Shown: positions 1 to 12,800, counted from the first letter of the whole stretch. The stretch is 51,492 nucleotides of DNA, filler included, from Sphacelaria rigidula (GCA_964200075.2; 4 parts of 4 records of this genome joined end to end with filler, not necessarily neighbours in it), one strand, 5' to 3'. The notes: a model not told the origin generated them from the letters alone. Program-made: numbers and translations.

Positions 1-593
1 CCTACGGATAATTCTTCTGTTATGATACTGCAATGACCCGAAAGATATCGTACAATATCTGCCACCACTGTAGAAATGACTAAAGCATGAACAGAGAGCA
101 AAGGGCGCCAATGATATTCAATGGAAATGACACGACCGTTATCGAGGTTCTCACAACAGTGAGACAAGAGGGTTAGGGTCCTCGCGGCGAGGCGATTCCA
201 AACCACAAAGAGCCGGCCGAGAGGAAAGACAAACGATAAGTCAATGCAAGCCGAGGGGGTTTGGAGCATCTTCTCCACATCCGGCTCTTGTCTCGCTACC
301 GAGTGATGCAGTTCTCAGCGCGGAAGACACTAAGTCACAGCTTTCAAATGTTGACTGTAACTTCATTCGATTGGACTCTTAATGTTTTTTGTTTATATCA
401 CCGGTAAACTCCATGACATAGGACTGCACACCTGGAATGCTCGTCAAAGTAGCTCACAAGGACTGATCCTACACATGCGGCTGTGATGGTTTATGACCGC
501 GTGCGAGAATATAAACTAGCACCGTGGGATATCACGATCATTTTCACAAACGACCGGCGAGTAAGAGAAGAGGGTCCCAGTCGCAAGTGTGCT

Positions 594-638
<45 letters not shown>
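594..638. repeat. Compound (TG)n(AG)n microsatellite
   Basis: Directly visible dinucleotide runs; they produce the CVCV/RERE pseudo-ORF 483..665. Confidence 0.95.
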
Positions 639-641
<3 letters not shown>

Positions 642-1446
642 GTGACACACACAACACACACATGATTAGTCGCAGGCGTACGTTACTGCTGACGCTTTGA
701 TTGACCATAGCATGGCGCGTCAGGCTGATTTTGTAATATGGCAGTTGTATGCGTGGCTACGGAAGAGGTTTTTGCCGAAACCTCGCGCGCACACCTGTTT
801 ACTTGTGCCCACGGACTGATCGACAGACATCCTTTGGATATTTAAGAAGAGCCTTCAAACATCGCCTACCCCATCGATCTCTCCTGTTCTACTCGGTCTT
901 CAAGTCCATAGCCGATCGACGTAAGTCTGCGAAGCTGTGTATGTACTATCATCCCCTTCTTCTTATCAATCGATTACAATTATCCAACAGGCGTGGGCTG
1001 TGTTTCCCCAAACAGCTGGCATCGTTGTGTTGAGACTGAGAACCGCACGTGAAATTCTGTCTATACACAAGCATGATTGAACACGGGCGAGGCCCGTGTT
1101 ACTTCTACACAAGCTCCCGATGCTGTATTCTTTGTGTCACTTCTACACGGCACTAGTTTACACTACACTTTCATTTTTGCCTCACAAAACACAACAGCCA
1201 CTACAGCACGCCCTAATCGCCAGAGTATAGCGTATCTTCTGCGTTAAAATATTCTTCCGAATTGAAGTACTGCCCAAAGTACAGTACCGTTTGAGTCACA
1301 AGTAATCTTCCCGGTCAATATTTCTCGCGAACAGTGAGGTGCCGTGCCGTAGCGTACGTTGGTACTGCCGTCCTGTCGGGACACTTGTCACATGTATTGC
1401 ATCGTAGACATGACCTCTCACGGCGCGGTTGCACACGTGGACAAAT

Positions 1447-2706
1447 AGCACCCTGTGGGGCACGTCTACAGGGTTCAGGCAAACGGTGCAGTGTTTCTCG
1501 CGGGGATCTAGCTGTAGGTTTGTTTTTGCGCCCCACAGGACGCTTCACAGGGTTCAGGGAAACTGGGCAGGGTTTCTCGCGGGGATTTGATTGTAGGGTA
1601 TTATTTTGTGCCACACAGGGCGCTTCACAGGTTTCCGTCACTCCGTGTACAACTCATCGCTATTAATATGCTGCGCAGCCTTCATCGCACGCATACAAGA
1701 TATACTTCATACAGCATGGGCATGGTACTGGCAGAAAAAAACGGTCGAGAAGTGGTAGGGGTGAGAATGGAGCTCGCGATTGCGTCCTTGGGAGTGTCGG
1801 GTTGCACATTGAGCTACCCGATTTGCTACACATAGCGGAATGATTTTGTGCTTCTAATAACTATCAAGCAAAACACTCTGTAAAGAGAGGCATACTCGGT
1901 TGAGTGATTTTGGTAGACTGCGCACCATGGGGCATTCAAAAGCAATGTGCAGTCATATGCAAGGTATATACCTACACACCAGCATCCACGTCTTGAGCGG
2001 AAGCGTCGTATCTAAACTCGTAGGCGTGTGGATATACACTCGATCGTAATCAGTGTGTCGGGTCTCTCTTCAGCAAAAGCTGTTGAGAAGTATTCATCCT
2101 TTAGCCCATGTGCATGGACCGGGGGGCAAGAGGATGAATTACTTTCAACAACTGTTTCTGCTTATCGGATCCCACATGCTGATAACGGTGCAGTATGATC
2201 ACGTGTTCGAGAGATCGAGCTAAGGTGACGGATATAACATGATAATGCGGGATATGCCCAGCTGACGCTGTTCGCAATAAATCTCTTTTTGCCTAATTTC
2301 CGGATGAATTGGAGGGCAAAGTGATGATTAATTTCGAGCTTTCCCTGCTGTTCAAATTCCGAATCTGCCACTGTCCATGTGATTTGCGCAGCAGAAGCTG
2401 TTCGAAATGTATCTTTTTTTCGTCCAAATGAAGTGGGCGAAAAAAGGATCTGTTTTGAATATTTGCAAAAAGGAATTTATCTTGGACAGCAGGAGAAGCT
2501 ATTCCAAATGTATATATTTACGGTTTTTGTACCAAAAATAATTTGGAATTTTCCAAATTCGGAAGGCCTCTTCACAGGGTTGCTTGCAGGGTTTCGACAA
2601 AAACGCTATGCAAAACGCTGTTACCGGTGCTAGGGTTTGCAAATGCTACACAGGGGTTTTCAAAAAGACTGTGGAGAACCCTGTGCAGCTCGTCCTACAG
2701 GGTGCT
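1447..2706. mobile_element. Putative non-autonomous TIR DNA transposon remnant
   Basis: AGCACCCTGTGGG (1447-1459) and CCTACAGGGTGCT (2694-2706) are inverted with 12/13 identity. Both ends are rich in CAGGGTT motifs. There is no coding capacity and no clear TSD. Confidence 0.4.
1467..1636 (+). repeat. ~80-bp tandem repeat, about 2 copies
   Basis: ACAGGGTTCAGG.AAAC...GTTTCTCGCGGGGAT...TGTAGG...CACAGG.CGCTTC occurs twice in tandem, followed by a partial third start. Confidence 0.85.
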
Positions 2707-3260
2707 GTACGTTCGCTCTGTAAGGAGTATCGCCACCTGCGCTGACATTGCCTCATACACACACGGCATGCGACAGTTTTTGTGTTTTTTTCTCAACCTC
2801 AATATGTTCTCAAACCAGGACTGGGCGGTCTCACGTTGCTGTTCGCTGTGCCCCACACGTATCCCTTCATGGCGTGCAGGTTTGTCGAATGCGCTGTTGC
2901 GCTGGTGACAGTCACTGTATGTCTGTTAATTGTGACAACCGTCGTTTTCTTTTCGTCTCTTTGTTTTGACAAATTTATTCACCAACACACACAAAAATAC
3001 TGTTTGTTGTGTGCCTTCTAGATTTGTTTTCCTTCCTCTGCACCAAATTTAAAAAAGGTGGTAGGCCGCATGCATGTGCGGAGTGCTCTGGGCTACATGT
3101 CGATCAAAAACTGTCGACAGCACTCTACCACTCTATTCCTTTATTTTGGTTCACGCCGCCTCAGTTCCACAACACCCGCGTACTCCCACGACGAGACGTT
3201 CACTTTTCAACCCGTATCTCTAGATTATCGTTCTTGCGCATTTGCGCAGGTATACAAGCC

Positions 3261-6133
3261 ATGTCTGATATCAACCGCCCTTCGACTTCATCTGAGCACG
3301 ATGTCACCAAGGATGGTGCACTTCCTTCAGACAGGGGTGAAACAACCGTAGAGTCACCAATGCGTAGTGAGACGGTCGACAGCAACGAACCGGAACGTTT
3401 TGATGTCGATGATAGCGTGGGTGCACGGCACATTTCCAAGGACGTGACTACAGATTTGAATGAGGGCCGTAGTACTCCTTCCCATGCTCATAAAGTGCGA
3501 CAAATCAAAATGCTCACCCCCACCTCCCTTAGCGAACATACCCCTGTACACCAACCAGCTTTTCAAAGCTCTCACGGTGTTCCCACTTCTCATTCTCAGA
3601 TGGCATCCCTCCACGTGAGCTATGATGCTACGGGGACTTTTCCTGACAATGATCTCCGCACCCAAACCGGTGCTGAACCCTGTGACCGCCCCACTCTGGC
3701 TGTTGACGACCAGCCCAAGTCGGAACAGTCTCCGCCCACGTGTGACGAAGCATATTACCAACTTGAGCAGACCCGTCCAGCCATTATTCCCCCGCGCCAT
3801 CGGTACAACCTTTCGGTGACTGAACATAGCGGGTGCTGTGATCCGATTCAAAACAACGGTCTAGCATAGATTGAACGTGCGAGTTATAACTTGCACGCCT
3901 CGCTGCAGGTCAACGCGAGGATTCTGTAAGAGCACAGGACCCCGCGCAGGTCCCCCGTAAGATAGATGTCCATTCTGAGCAAAAACCAACGGAACAGAGC
4001 AACCAAGAGCGCGCGATACGCGAATGCACGAAAGCTATAGAAATTGAGAAGCAAGAATGTGGGCTGATAGCGCAAAGACACTCAGACGCTTCGCACCATT
4101 TCTCACAAATCTGGCAAACCTGACAATCACAACTGCGTTCGTTCCGTCGCCCCCAACCGGGTGACTCTAACGGTGTTCTACACCGCTCCAGACGCAACAA
4201 TCGATTCGACGGTACTGAACATGGCTAACGTTGTCCAACGCCTGACACACCTGACCTGGCACACTCAATCATAGCCACTTGCACCGGCTCAATCACAAAA
4301 CGGTGGACTTTTACACATGTGTGGACCCAGTGCTGCGGCTTAACCCCGCCAGGACGGTACCCACACAACAGTGATGCTCACCTCACAACTTGACAACCTT
4401 TTGGGAGCGTTCTACAAGTTCCGGAGATTCCAGATAGCATATGGTGGGGTAACCCAGGACGCGTTGCTTAGCCCAAAACCTAAGCGCCACCTGCCTGTTT
4501 ATTTTCTACTTCTAATGACCGTTCATTTCTCATTAGTGGGGAAAATCCCACAATCAAAAACAAACAATCGCCGGCCACTCCGGTAGAAGTACCCAACAAT
4601 TTTCTTTCGCTCGGGCAGGTCACATACATCACATACGTGAATCAACGTCGGCCACCGCGGGTTCAACCATGTGGTGTGGGCTCCCTGGTTCTGCTGAAAC
4701 TGTCTTAATGGGTTTCAAGATAGCCGAAGCCCGTGCACCATTGCATGGCTATCAATTGAGCACTGATCAACCCCAACGTTTGAATCCTGGATTACATCAC
4801 CCAGTTTTACATCCACCAGGTGCTAATCATATTCAATCGAATCCCTTCTCTTCGGGGGAGAGGCCGTTATGTAGTGCAGTTTCTTACTCACCCGGAGCCG
4901 AAATATCTTCTGGTACGGTAGACGCTGCCCCTTCGACCGTTTATCGGAGGATACCAAATTCAAAGCCACACACTCAACCACCCCCCAGCTGCTCGAGTGC
5001 CCGGCTAAGCACTCTACCTTGTTCCGCAAAAACTACGGTAATCGGTTCCCTTTCATTCGATGAGCGTAGTTATTCCTTAAAAGGTCGCAACCGCAAAGGA
5101 CCCATGCTATCCATCGCTCAGCGGGTTGGAATGAAACCCCAAGTGACAGCGACTTAGGTGGTACGCCAAGAGCGTGGCCTAGGTTCGACTGTCCGAGAAC
5201 TCATTTCAATAGCCCCTTAAGCAGTCGACCATTTCGTGCGCTATAGGCGTCACCCTAGGCGGGCTCCTCCAGATGATCATGTAGATAACCCTGAAGTAGC
5301 AAGCGCACGTGAATTCCAAGAAGAAGATCGCGTGTGGGCTCCAACAGATGAAGACCTTGGAGTGGAGCAGGCCGGTACTCCCCAGATTTCGAACAGATCG
5401 TTACTGCTCCCTGACCACCCCTCGTGCACTGCGTTAGAACCCATTTCCGATTAAGCGTCGCCGCCTGTAGGGGCAGACTTCGCTGAATCATGGACGTTTG
5501 TGTCTTAGTCATGAAGACACCACGATCGTGTGTTCATCACCCGGCAGACAAAGTGTTACGCAAGACGACTCGTTTCCTAACGCGCCCATGTTAGCCCCTA
5601 TTACAAACGCGGGGTTGAACTGCACAGCTCTATCAATCCCGCTTCCTGACAAATCGTCTCCAAAACCACCCAAATTGGCCCCAGCCATCGACGGTATTGA
5701 GTTGATTGGCGTATCAAATACAACACCGTGTCCCGATGAATCGTCCCCCGTTCTGACCAAGCTGGATAATGTAATTAATCCCGCTTTGCACAATGACGAC
5801 CCGCCCCCTCTGTTGGCCAATAAGTGTAAAACACCACGCACAAACCAGTTATCCGGTCCAACCACGACAACTGCCCTTCCCCGGCATCGTCCCTCCGTTG
5901 CAGTATATGAGATTCAACCCTCGACTAATGAGACAAATTTTTCAGGCACAAACACTGACACTCCATGCACGCACCATCCTTCCGACCAAAAGCTTGTCCC
6001 GCAGGATCATCAACGTGTGTATTTTAGCATATACTTTCAAAACGCAAAGCAGGATGTGTCAGATGTCTTTCCCGATTCGGGCCCGATTTCGTCAGGGGTA
6101 CCGCAGATTATGCCTCTTTCACGACCAAGATAG
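3261..6133 (+). pseudogene. Putative decayed gag/pre-protease region
   Basis: Series of broken Pro/Ser/Thr-rich + strand ORFs directly upstream of the protease. No diagnostic gag motif was recognised, so the call is positional. Confidence 0.4.
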
Positions 6134-6165
6134 GTTTACATAGTAGAGCGCGTGCAAACTGTCAT

Positions 6166-6717
6166 TTGATAGCTCTTGCACTGCCAGATTCAGGTTCGCC
6201 TCAAACATTCATTACAGTCAGCTGCTGGCAACGGATGATCAACGCGGGCGCGGTGGACGAGCATTGTCTTCCCACCGAGCACCCTTGTGTTTTTGGCGGC
6301 TTTGGCTCCTCCACATCTCTTACGGTTAATCAACTAGTGAGATTCAGTGTACAACTCTTCCAGGATACTACTCCCAATGCTCGGTTGTCCGTATGGGCAC
6401 TAATTGTACCCGACGATTCCATGTCGTTCGATGTTTTGTTGGGTCGAGATAGTTGGCTTCGTTTTTCTACGCACACGTATACGTCGGACAGACCTGTTCT
6501 GAACCGTTCGGCTACAGGCAAACTGTCATTGGGTCACTTCGACTCTGATTCGGGGGCTCAGTCCTACGAGAATGACCCCGCACAAACAGGTAATCCTTTC
6601 GGTCTGTACTATGTTGGTGAGCCTAACGTCTCACTTTCTCGTGAACCCCAACTTATCCATATGAATCTCGTGAGACGCAATGGATCGCCCGCTCTCACAG
6701 GACATCATTTGGTCTGA
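6166..6717 (+). pseudogene. Retrotransposon aspartic protease
   Basis: ALPDSGSPQTFIT (D-S-G active site) and FDVLLGRDSW (hydrophobic-LG-R-D motif). Confidence 0.85.
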
Positions 6718-7099
6718 TTGCTCAAATCTGACCAATCACAGGTTGGTCCGTTTGAACAGACCGAAGTATTCGTTCATGAAGGTCGGCAGGCCATTTACCT
6801 CACGTCCCCTGCATGTTTCGATATACTTAAGAGACAGTTATTGGGTTATGCTCAAGCGCCTCTCCTACGAAGTGCCCTGTCACATGTGTGCCCCCTGCGG
6901 AACGCAACCTGTCAACCGCCCCCTCAAAACTACGGGTCCCCCTACGCTACACATGCCTGACCCCATGGTGGTGACAAATCTACGAGATGCGCCTGAACCT
7001 AAACCCCCACCTGCATTACTGGACAGATTTTCCCCAGAACAACGCGCCAGTTTCCAAACGTTGTGGGATGACATTCCCCCTCATTTGCGGCATATTGTT

Positions 7100-8053
7100 T
7101 TTGATCTATCCGGTGATGGTTGGACACCCATTGTAGTCGATAGGCTGAAATCCATCTTGATTAGATATTCTGGGTGGTTTTCTAGTGCACCCTTGGATTT
7201 AGGTCGATGTACCACGACACCGTTCAAAATCAAAATCCCTGATGGCATTCCTCCTATCGCTATGCGTCCGTACCGCACGAACCCCCTCTTAGCGGATAAG
7301 ACCCAAGTAATTCTCGATTGTTACTTATCCACCGGTATAATTTGGTACTCGACATCTCGGTGGGCCTCGCCTTTAGTAGTCGTCCGCAAGAAGAAAGGCA
7401 AAATCAGACTGACGGTCAATTATCAAGGATTGAACGCTGTCACCGAAATCGCCCGGCTGCCTCTTCCACGGATTGATGAAATGTTTTACTCTCTTGGCGG
7501 GGGTAAGGTATTTTCGAACATTTACATGCAGTCCGGCTACCACCAACTCGTGATGGATCCAAATTCCATTGAACTGACGGCGTTTTGCACGCCATCAGGT
7601 ATGTACGAGTGGGTGGTTATACCACAAGGAGCCGCCGGAGCCCCAGGGGCGTTTCAACGCGTATTGTTCCTTGTGGCTGATGGATTGCCCAAATGTCATA
7701 TGTACGTTGATGATGCGGTGTGCCACGACTGCACGCCGGCCGAACACGTCGAACAATTGGCATCATTCTTTGGTCGGTTTGAACAACACAACTTGAAACT
7801 CGCTCCCTCAGAATCCCGCATTGGCGCCACGAAGATTGAGTTCCTGGGTCATTGCATCACCCCCAAAGGTTGTAGCCCAAACCCCAACAAAGTCGCCGCC
7901 CTCGCTGACATGCCCATGCCACGCGACATTTCTCCACTGCGTCCCTTGTTGGTAGCTCTAAGCTACTACAGACAGTACTTGCCAAAACTTGCCCGAACGC
8001 TCAAACCCCTCAACACCCTCCTCAAAAAAGAAGTGAAATGTGTGTTCACATAG
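7100..8053 (+). pseudogene. Ty3/Gypsy reverse transcriptase
   Basis: PIAMRPYR, WASPLVVVRKK, RLTVNYQGLN, LPRIDEM, SGYHQL, TAFCTPSGMYEW, PQGAAGAPGAFQR, YVDD, IEFLGH; in-frame stop at 8051-8053. Confidence 0.97.
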
Positions 8054-8530
8054 GAAATGGAAAAAACCGCCCGCCATCTTCTCGACACCCTTTCGCGCCC
8101 GCCGATTCTCGTCTTCCCTGACTGGTCAGCCGCCGAACATGGTTCTCGCCCTTTCCGTCTCCACACAGATTCTTCCAGAAATTGGGATTGGCTGGCTTCA
8201 CATTAAAACAGGAGCAAGACAATGCTACTGTTCGTCCCATTGTGTATGTGAGTCGCGCCACTTTTCCAAATGAACAGAATTGGTCTGTCATGGAACAAGA
8301 GACCGGCGCAGTTGTTTGGGCGTGCGACGTCTGCGTCAGTATTTGTATGACATCTTGTTTGTGAATTATGCGAGTCATGAGTCTTTGGAAAACCTCGCCA
8401 AATTGGTGGAACACAACGTTCAGGTACAACGCTGGTTCGAAATCCTGTCGTCTCACAACTTTCAGTTGAAATATCGCATAGGCCTACAAAATGCAAACGC
8501 CGACTTCCTGTCACGCTTGCCCACACCGGC
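8054..8530 (+). pseudogene. Retrotransposon RNase H, frameshifted
   Basis: PILVFPDW...PFRLHTDSS, RPIVYVSRAT..NEQNWS..EQETGAVVWA, NANADFLSRLP, spread across three frames. Confidence 0.9.
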
Positions 8531-9267
8531 TCAACCTATCGATGAATCCCCCATGGGACGTATCACCGATCCCACCGAAAACATTGCATATTTCTTCAGC
8601 AGGAATGAACGTAGATGTCTCTACACGCCACTTTCATTACGAAAAACACCGGCTTTAGGCATGGGTGGGCTGACGACCACAGCCCACGCATCAGTTCTGG
8701 GTAGCTTGCAACCTCAATCGTTGTACGCAGTTCGGAATGGACTGTCTACGAATACTGTTGGCTATGATCATTTTCGTGCAACTGGCCAACGCATGGTTTT
8801 CGCAGCAGGTGAAGAACCGTCCTTTGCTGACTCCATCTTACCGGTTCAAGTTCGAGATTTGATTTCGAGTAGGACGCGTGCACGGCGGACCGCTGACACG
8901 GCCACCAAATCAGCCGTATCTGGTCCTGACCTTCCCCTCCCTGCCCCCACCCCGGTCCCCGATAGTTTCCCTGCGCCTCCTCAACCTCCACGACGCAAGG
9001 CTCGCAGAAAATCGACCCCGACCGTGCCTTCCTTGCCAGCCGTAGCCGAAACCACGGCTGTGCCCCCTCCCTCGGTGATGATATTAATAACACCACCACA
9101 ACAGCCACCACGCTAATCGACGCAGGAGTAGACGTTGACGTTCCACCTGAGAATACACCACCTGGTAAGCTCACCCTTGATTCCGACATCACCGCTACGT
9201 GTCACCCCCACTCTGACCCGAACCAGAGCAAGTAGATGCTTCAACAGAAGACGTATTCAAGGAACGT

Positions 9268-10870
9268 TTGACCCTCTTCTCCCATGCCGATTGGGCCCGG
9301 CAACAACAGGCAGAACCTTCTTGTAAACCAGCTATTCATTATCTATCCAAAGGTTGTCCATGTCCATTCTCAGAAACCGAATTACTTTTGTCCGTCGGGA
9401 ACCTCAAAGCCCCCACACAGGATGAAGTTACTCAACTTTCGCGGAAAGGTATGCTGCATAAGGATGATGATGGTGTAGTTTTTTTAGTTCGCCGGCCCAC
9501 AGCGGCCCTCCCCAGGGGGAAGCCTACAAGTCGTCATGCCCGCTCGCTAGGTGATGAACCCATCCGCATTTATGTCCTGATGCTTCTGCGCACATGGGTT
9601 CTACACCGAATGCCATTCACAGGCATCGACTCATTTGGGCTCCATTAGGACCTCCCAGATGTTGGAACGTTTCCGTTGGTGGATTTGTATGGATCAGTGT
9701 CCTTGTTGGTGGATTCGGCGTTGTCTCTTGTGCCAAGCGCGCAAGACTTTACGTCAAACAGTTCGTTAGCTGATTGTTTCCATGCCAGTCCCAAACAGGC
9801 CTGGTGAAGTAGTTTCGTGGGACTATTTTGGTCCTTTGCCCCTGATAGATAAGGGTGATAAGTATATTTTGTTGTTTACAGATGGAATTAGTCGACTTGC
9901 GGTGATGCACGTTGTCCCTGCCAGTAGCTACAACGCGGAAGGTACCGCCAACGTTCTTGTATACATGTACATCCCACAGTGAGATGTGCCCAAACGATTA
10001 CTGTCTGACAACGACCCGCATTGTTGAGGCAAACTTTCGGCCGCAGTCAGCGACCTTTTGGGTGCCCATCGCATTTTTACTAGTTCGTATCACCCTTCCA
10101 TCAATGGTAGAACGGAACGAGTGAATCATACGATGGCACAGATGCTTGCTGCTGTAGCGAAGGAGAGACGGGTGGACTGAGATCTGCATCTGCTCCTTGT
10201 CCAAATGAACTATAACAATTCAGTCAGTGCCGCTACGGGATTGGCACTGAATGAAATATATATTGGTCGCATGCCCAGGTTACCTTTGACGGTATTCGAA
10301 CGCAAAAGTACAGGCGGACGTCAGAGTCTCGATCGTGATGTTGTGGAGTATCATTTGTCGGTTAGCAATCGTCTTCGTCTTACATATGAAGTGGTACGAG
10401 GACAAAACCGAATCAATTCGTCCGAGGTCACCAGGGCGAACTCTGTGTTGGATGATGTGGTACATATCCACCCGGTGTGGAAGGTAAGCCAATGGTGGCG
10501 AGTATATAACGATGTGAAGACCATCAATCAAGGGGCTAACTCAAGAATATCCTCTTTGGACAAAGTGTTAGAGGGAAACTTCCCTTGAATTGGACTGGTC
10601 CTTGGGAAATTTCGGCTATTGGTCCAAGTGCTACCGCACCCGACAAAAGTCCAGTGGGAGCATAACTTTTGTATTTAGATTTTCCCACGGATGAACCTGG
10701 ATTGAAGCCGAAACCTCGCGTCTCGATGCTACGATGCAAACCGTGTATCCCCTCTCATGACTCCTCGGACATGCCCAAACAACTACCGCTGGGGCTAAGC
10801 CAGTATGTGTTGACCAAGTATGCGATCAAAACCCCGCCGTATCATATGACGGTCGGGGATGCGGACGCAC
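9268..10870 (+). pseudogene. Integrase (HHCC zinc finger, DDE core, GPY/F), frameshifted
   Basis: CHSQASTHLG...RCLLCQARK (HHCC); VSWDYFGP (D1); RLLSDND (D2); YHPSINGRTERVNHT (E); NWTGPW (GPY/F). Confidence 0.93.
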
Positions 10871-10879
10871 CCTTGGAAC

Positions 10880-11045
10880 GTGTTGCGGTAGAAGATGAGA
10901 TTTCGGGCCATCAACTGGTCCGCGACCGTGGTGGTAAGATAGCGGTGTATCAAACACCTTGTTGGAAGGGTATCATGCGTGTTACATGGGAGCGTGAAGT
11001 TGACTAGCGTCTTTTTCGTCGGGAAATATTGCTGAACTGGGTAGG
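10880..11045 (+). pseudogene. Chromodomain-like module at the integrase C-terminus
   Basis: VEDEISGHQLVRDRGGKIAVYQTPCWKGIMRVTWERE fits the chromodomain pattern V-E-x-I-x-x-H...Y...W-K-G...TWE. Confidence 0.75.
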
Positions 11046-11199
11046 AGGTGCCGTCCGACACCGCCCGTTGAATAAGAGATATAGGTATATGCGCAAGGGA
11101 GCTGCCAGTCGCGTGAGCACTCTGTGCGGTTTGCCGTATCAGGGTACAGCCTTCTTTCGCGTTCACAACACATGCAGTCTTTTTACGGACCACGTTTGC

Positions 11200-11916
11200 C
11201 GAAGGGGGCATATTTTTTATATATGGCTTTGGATTCACTATGAAACACGCGATCTTACAAATTCGGGATGGATCTTTTACTGGGGACGAGAACCCGGAGA
11301 ATGAAACTCTTCGTTTCCACACCAAATCTTCGAAATATGGTTCTATTTCTTCATCTACTGACAGCTATTGACAACTGCTACACGCAATAGAAATTTGGAT
11401 TTCGATCACCGAAATGTTGGGGTCCTAGATGAAAAAAATCATTTCGGAACCATTTTGGCGTCCGTTCGGACACCCGGAATTCCCCGAATTTTTTTTTTCA
11501 CCTAGGACCCCAATATTTCGGTGATCGAAATCCAAATTCATATGGCGGGTAGTAGTTGTAAATAGCTATCAGTAGGTGGAGAAGTGGAAGCACGTTTCGA
11601 AGATTCGATGTGGGTACGAAGATTTCAATTCTCCGGGTTTTTCATCCCAAATATAAGATCCATCCCCAATTTGTAAGATCGCGTGTTATGGAGGTTGGGT
11701 AAGATTGATTTTGTCAACCCTGCATCTGACAACTCCTCCTTTATCTGTTTTCTCGATGACCCGAGCCCCCTTAAGATTCGCTTCGATGGTGCCTACTACA
11801 CCGAGGTACCGACCGCTCGCCGGGGATCCTGGTGCTTTCAAAGATACGACCAAGGCGATCTCGACACAGCTGTTCTCCGCAACACAGACACCGCTTGGGA
11901 TGCAGAAGACTCATGA
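11200..11916 (+). pseudogene. Additional aromatic-rich C-terminal Pol domain, split by the foldback insertion
   Basis: YIWLWIHYE (to 11244) and LWRLGKIDFVN...FICFLDDPSPLKIRFDGAYYT...GSWCFQ (from 11686) are in the same frame and rejoin on removal of the insertion. Confidence 0.6.
11244..11687. mobile_element. Foldback element/MITE (~205-bp imperfect inverted arms, ~30-bp loop)
   Basis: AACACGCGATCTTACAAATT.GGGATGGATCTT at the left mirrors AAGATCCATCCC.AATTTGTAAGATCGCGTGTT at the right. Internal TTTGGATTTCGATCACCGAAAT.TTGGGGTCCTAG is also mirrored. Confidence 0.93.
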
Positions 11917-12082
11917 TGCCGCACCCGAGTCTGCTTCCCTATTCACCTTGCGTAGTGTATCATGTTCGAGTCGCTTGTCTTGCGCCGTAGCGTCGTTGGA
12001 AAACCATGTGTTTCCCCCCTCTCCCCCCCCCTTCATTTTTTTCTGTACTGCTGTAGCCCCGTCCTTGTAGTAGTTGTAGTTG

Positions 12083-12170
12083 GTATTTTGTATTTTGTAT
12101 TTTGTATTTTGTATTTTGTATTTTGTATTTTGTATTTTGTATTTTGTATTTTGTATTTTGTATTTTGTAT
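12083..12170 (+). repeat. (GTATTTT)n heptamer tandem repeat, about 12-13 copies
   Basis: Directly visible; it explains the ILYFVFC and NTKYKIQ pseudo-ORFs. Confidence 0.97.
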
Positions 12171-12800
12171 TAGGTATTAGGTATCTCTTTTTTGTTTTTT
12201 CTTGCTTTGGACCCTGTCTTTGTGTTTCGTGTCGTTTTGTGTCGTTTTGTCTTCTCTTCCTTTTTATTTGTTTTTCTTCTCGTCCCGTGTTTCGTTTTGC
12301 ATTTTTGTGTTTGATGTGTTTATAAATGTATTTGGTTATTTCTGGGTTCAAATGTCGAAGCGTTACGTGACGACCATTCCATACACTTTCCTGACTTCGA
12401 GTCAGGAACACTTATACCTTCGTCCTCCGCGCCGTGCACTTGCGACCATTCCGTACCCTGGAACAGTTGCCACGGGTGAACAGCAAATTGTGCGAATTGA
12501 GGTTTACCTTCGAGATGAGGTTCAAGTGGCCAACCCGACTTGCGAACTTTTTGTAGTAGAAGTACCGAGGACAAGCTCTTATTCGGAAGAAGTAACCTGT
12601 GGAGGTGAACCCGTGACGCGTCATATTCAGTACGCCGAATATTGGAGAGAAGTAAGTCGGGTGAGCACTCTTGTTACTCTACGCCACAGGGGAAAAAGTG
12701 GGAGCGCATGGATCCCATGTCCTGCGATAACCCCCCCCCCCCCCCCCCCCCGGGGCGCGCCCGCCCGGGGAAAAACCCCCCCCACCCCCCCCAAAACGGG

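Larger units (their letters stand above)
3050..12800 (+). mobile_element. Degenerate Ty3/Gypsy (chromovirus-like) retrotransposon; boundaries approximate, 3' end runs into gap
   Basis: Domain order is protease-RT-RNase H-integrase-chromodomain on the + strand, with many stops and frameshifts and a T-rich 3' region. No LTR pair was identified. Confidence 0.9.

Noticed and set aside
1-310. ~100-codon minus-strand open frame running off the window start
   Set aside because: No recognisable motif or supported splice structure; it cannot be called from this window.
11911-12411. ORFs with NTKYKIQ or ILYFVFC repeats (apparent membrane or basic proteins)
   Set aside because: These are translations of the (GTATTTT)n repeat and T-rich non-coding sequence.
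12731-12800. C/G homopolymer runs near contig ends (also 38698-38787) as G-quadruplex elements
   Set aside because: They are adjacent to gaps and probably low-quality sequence where the assembly broke.
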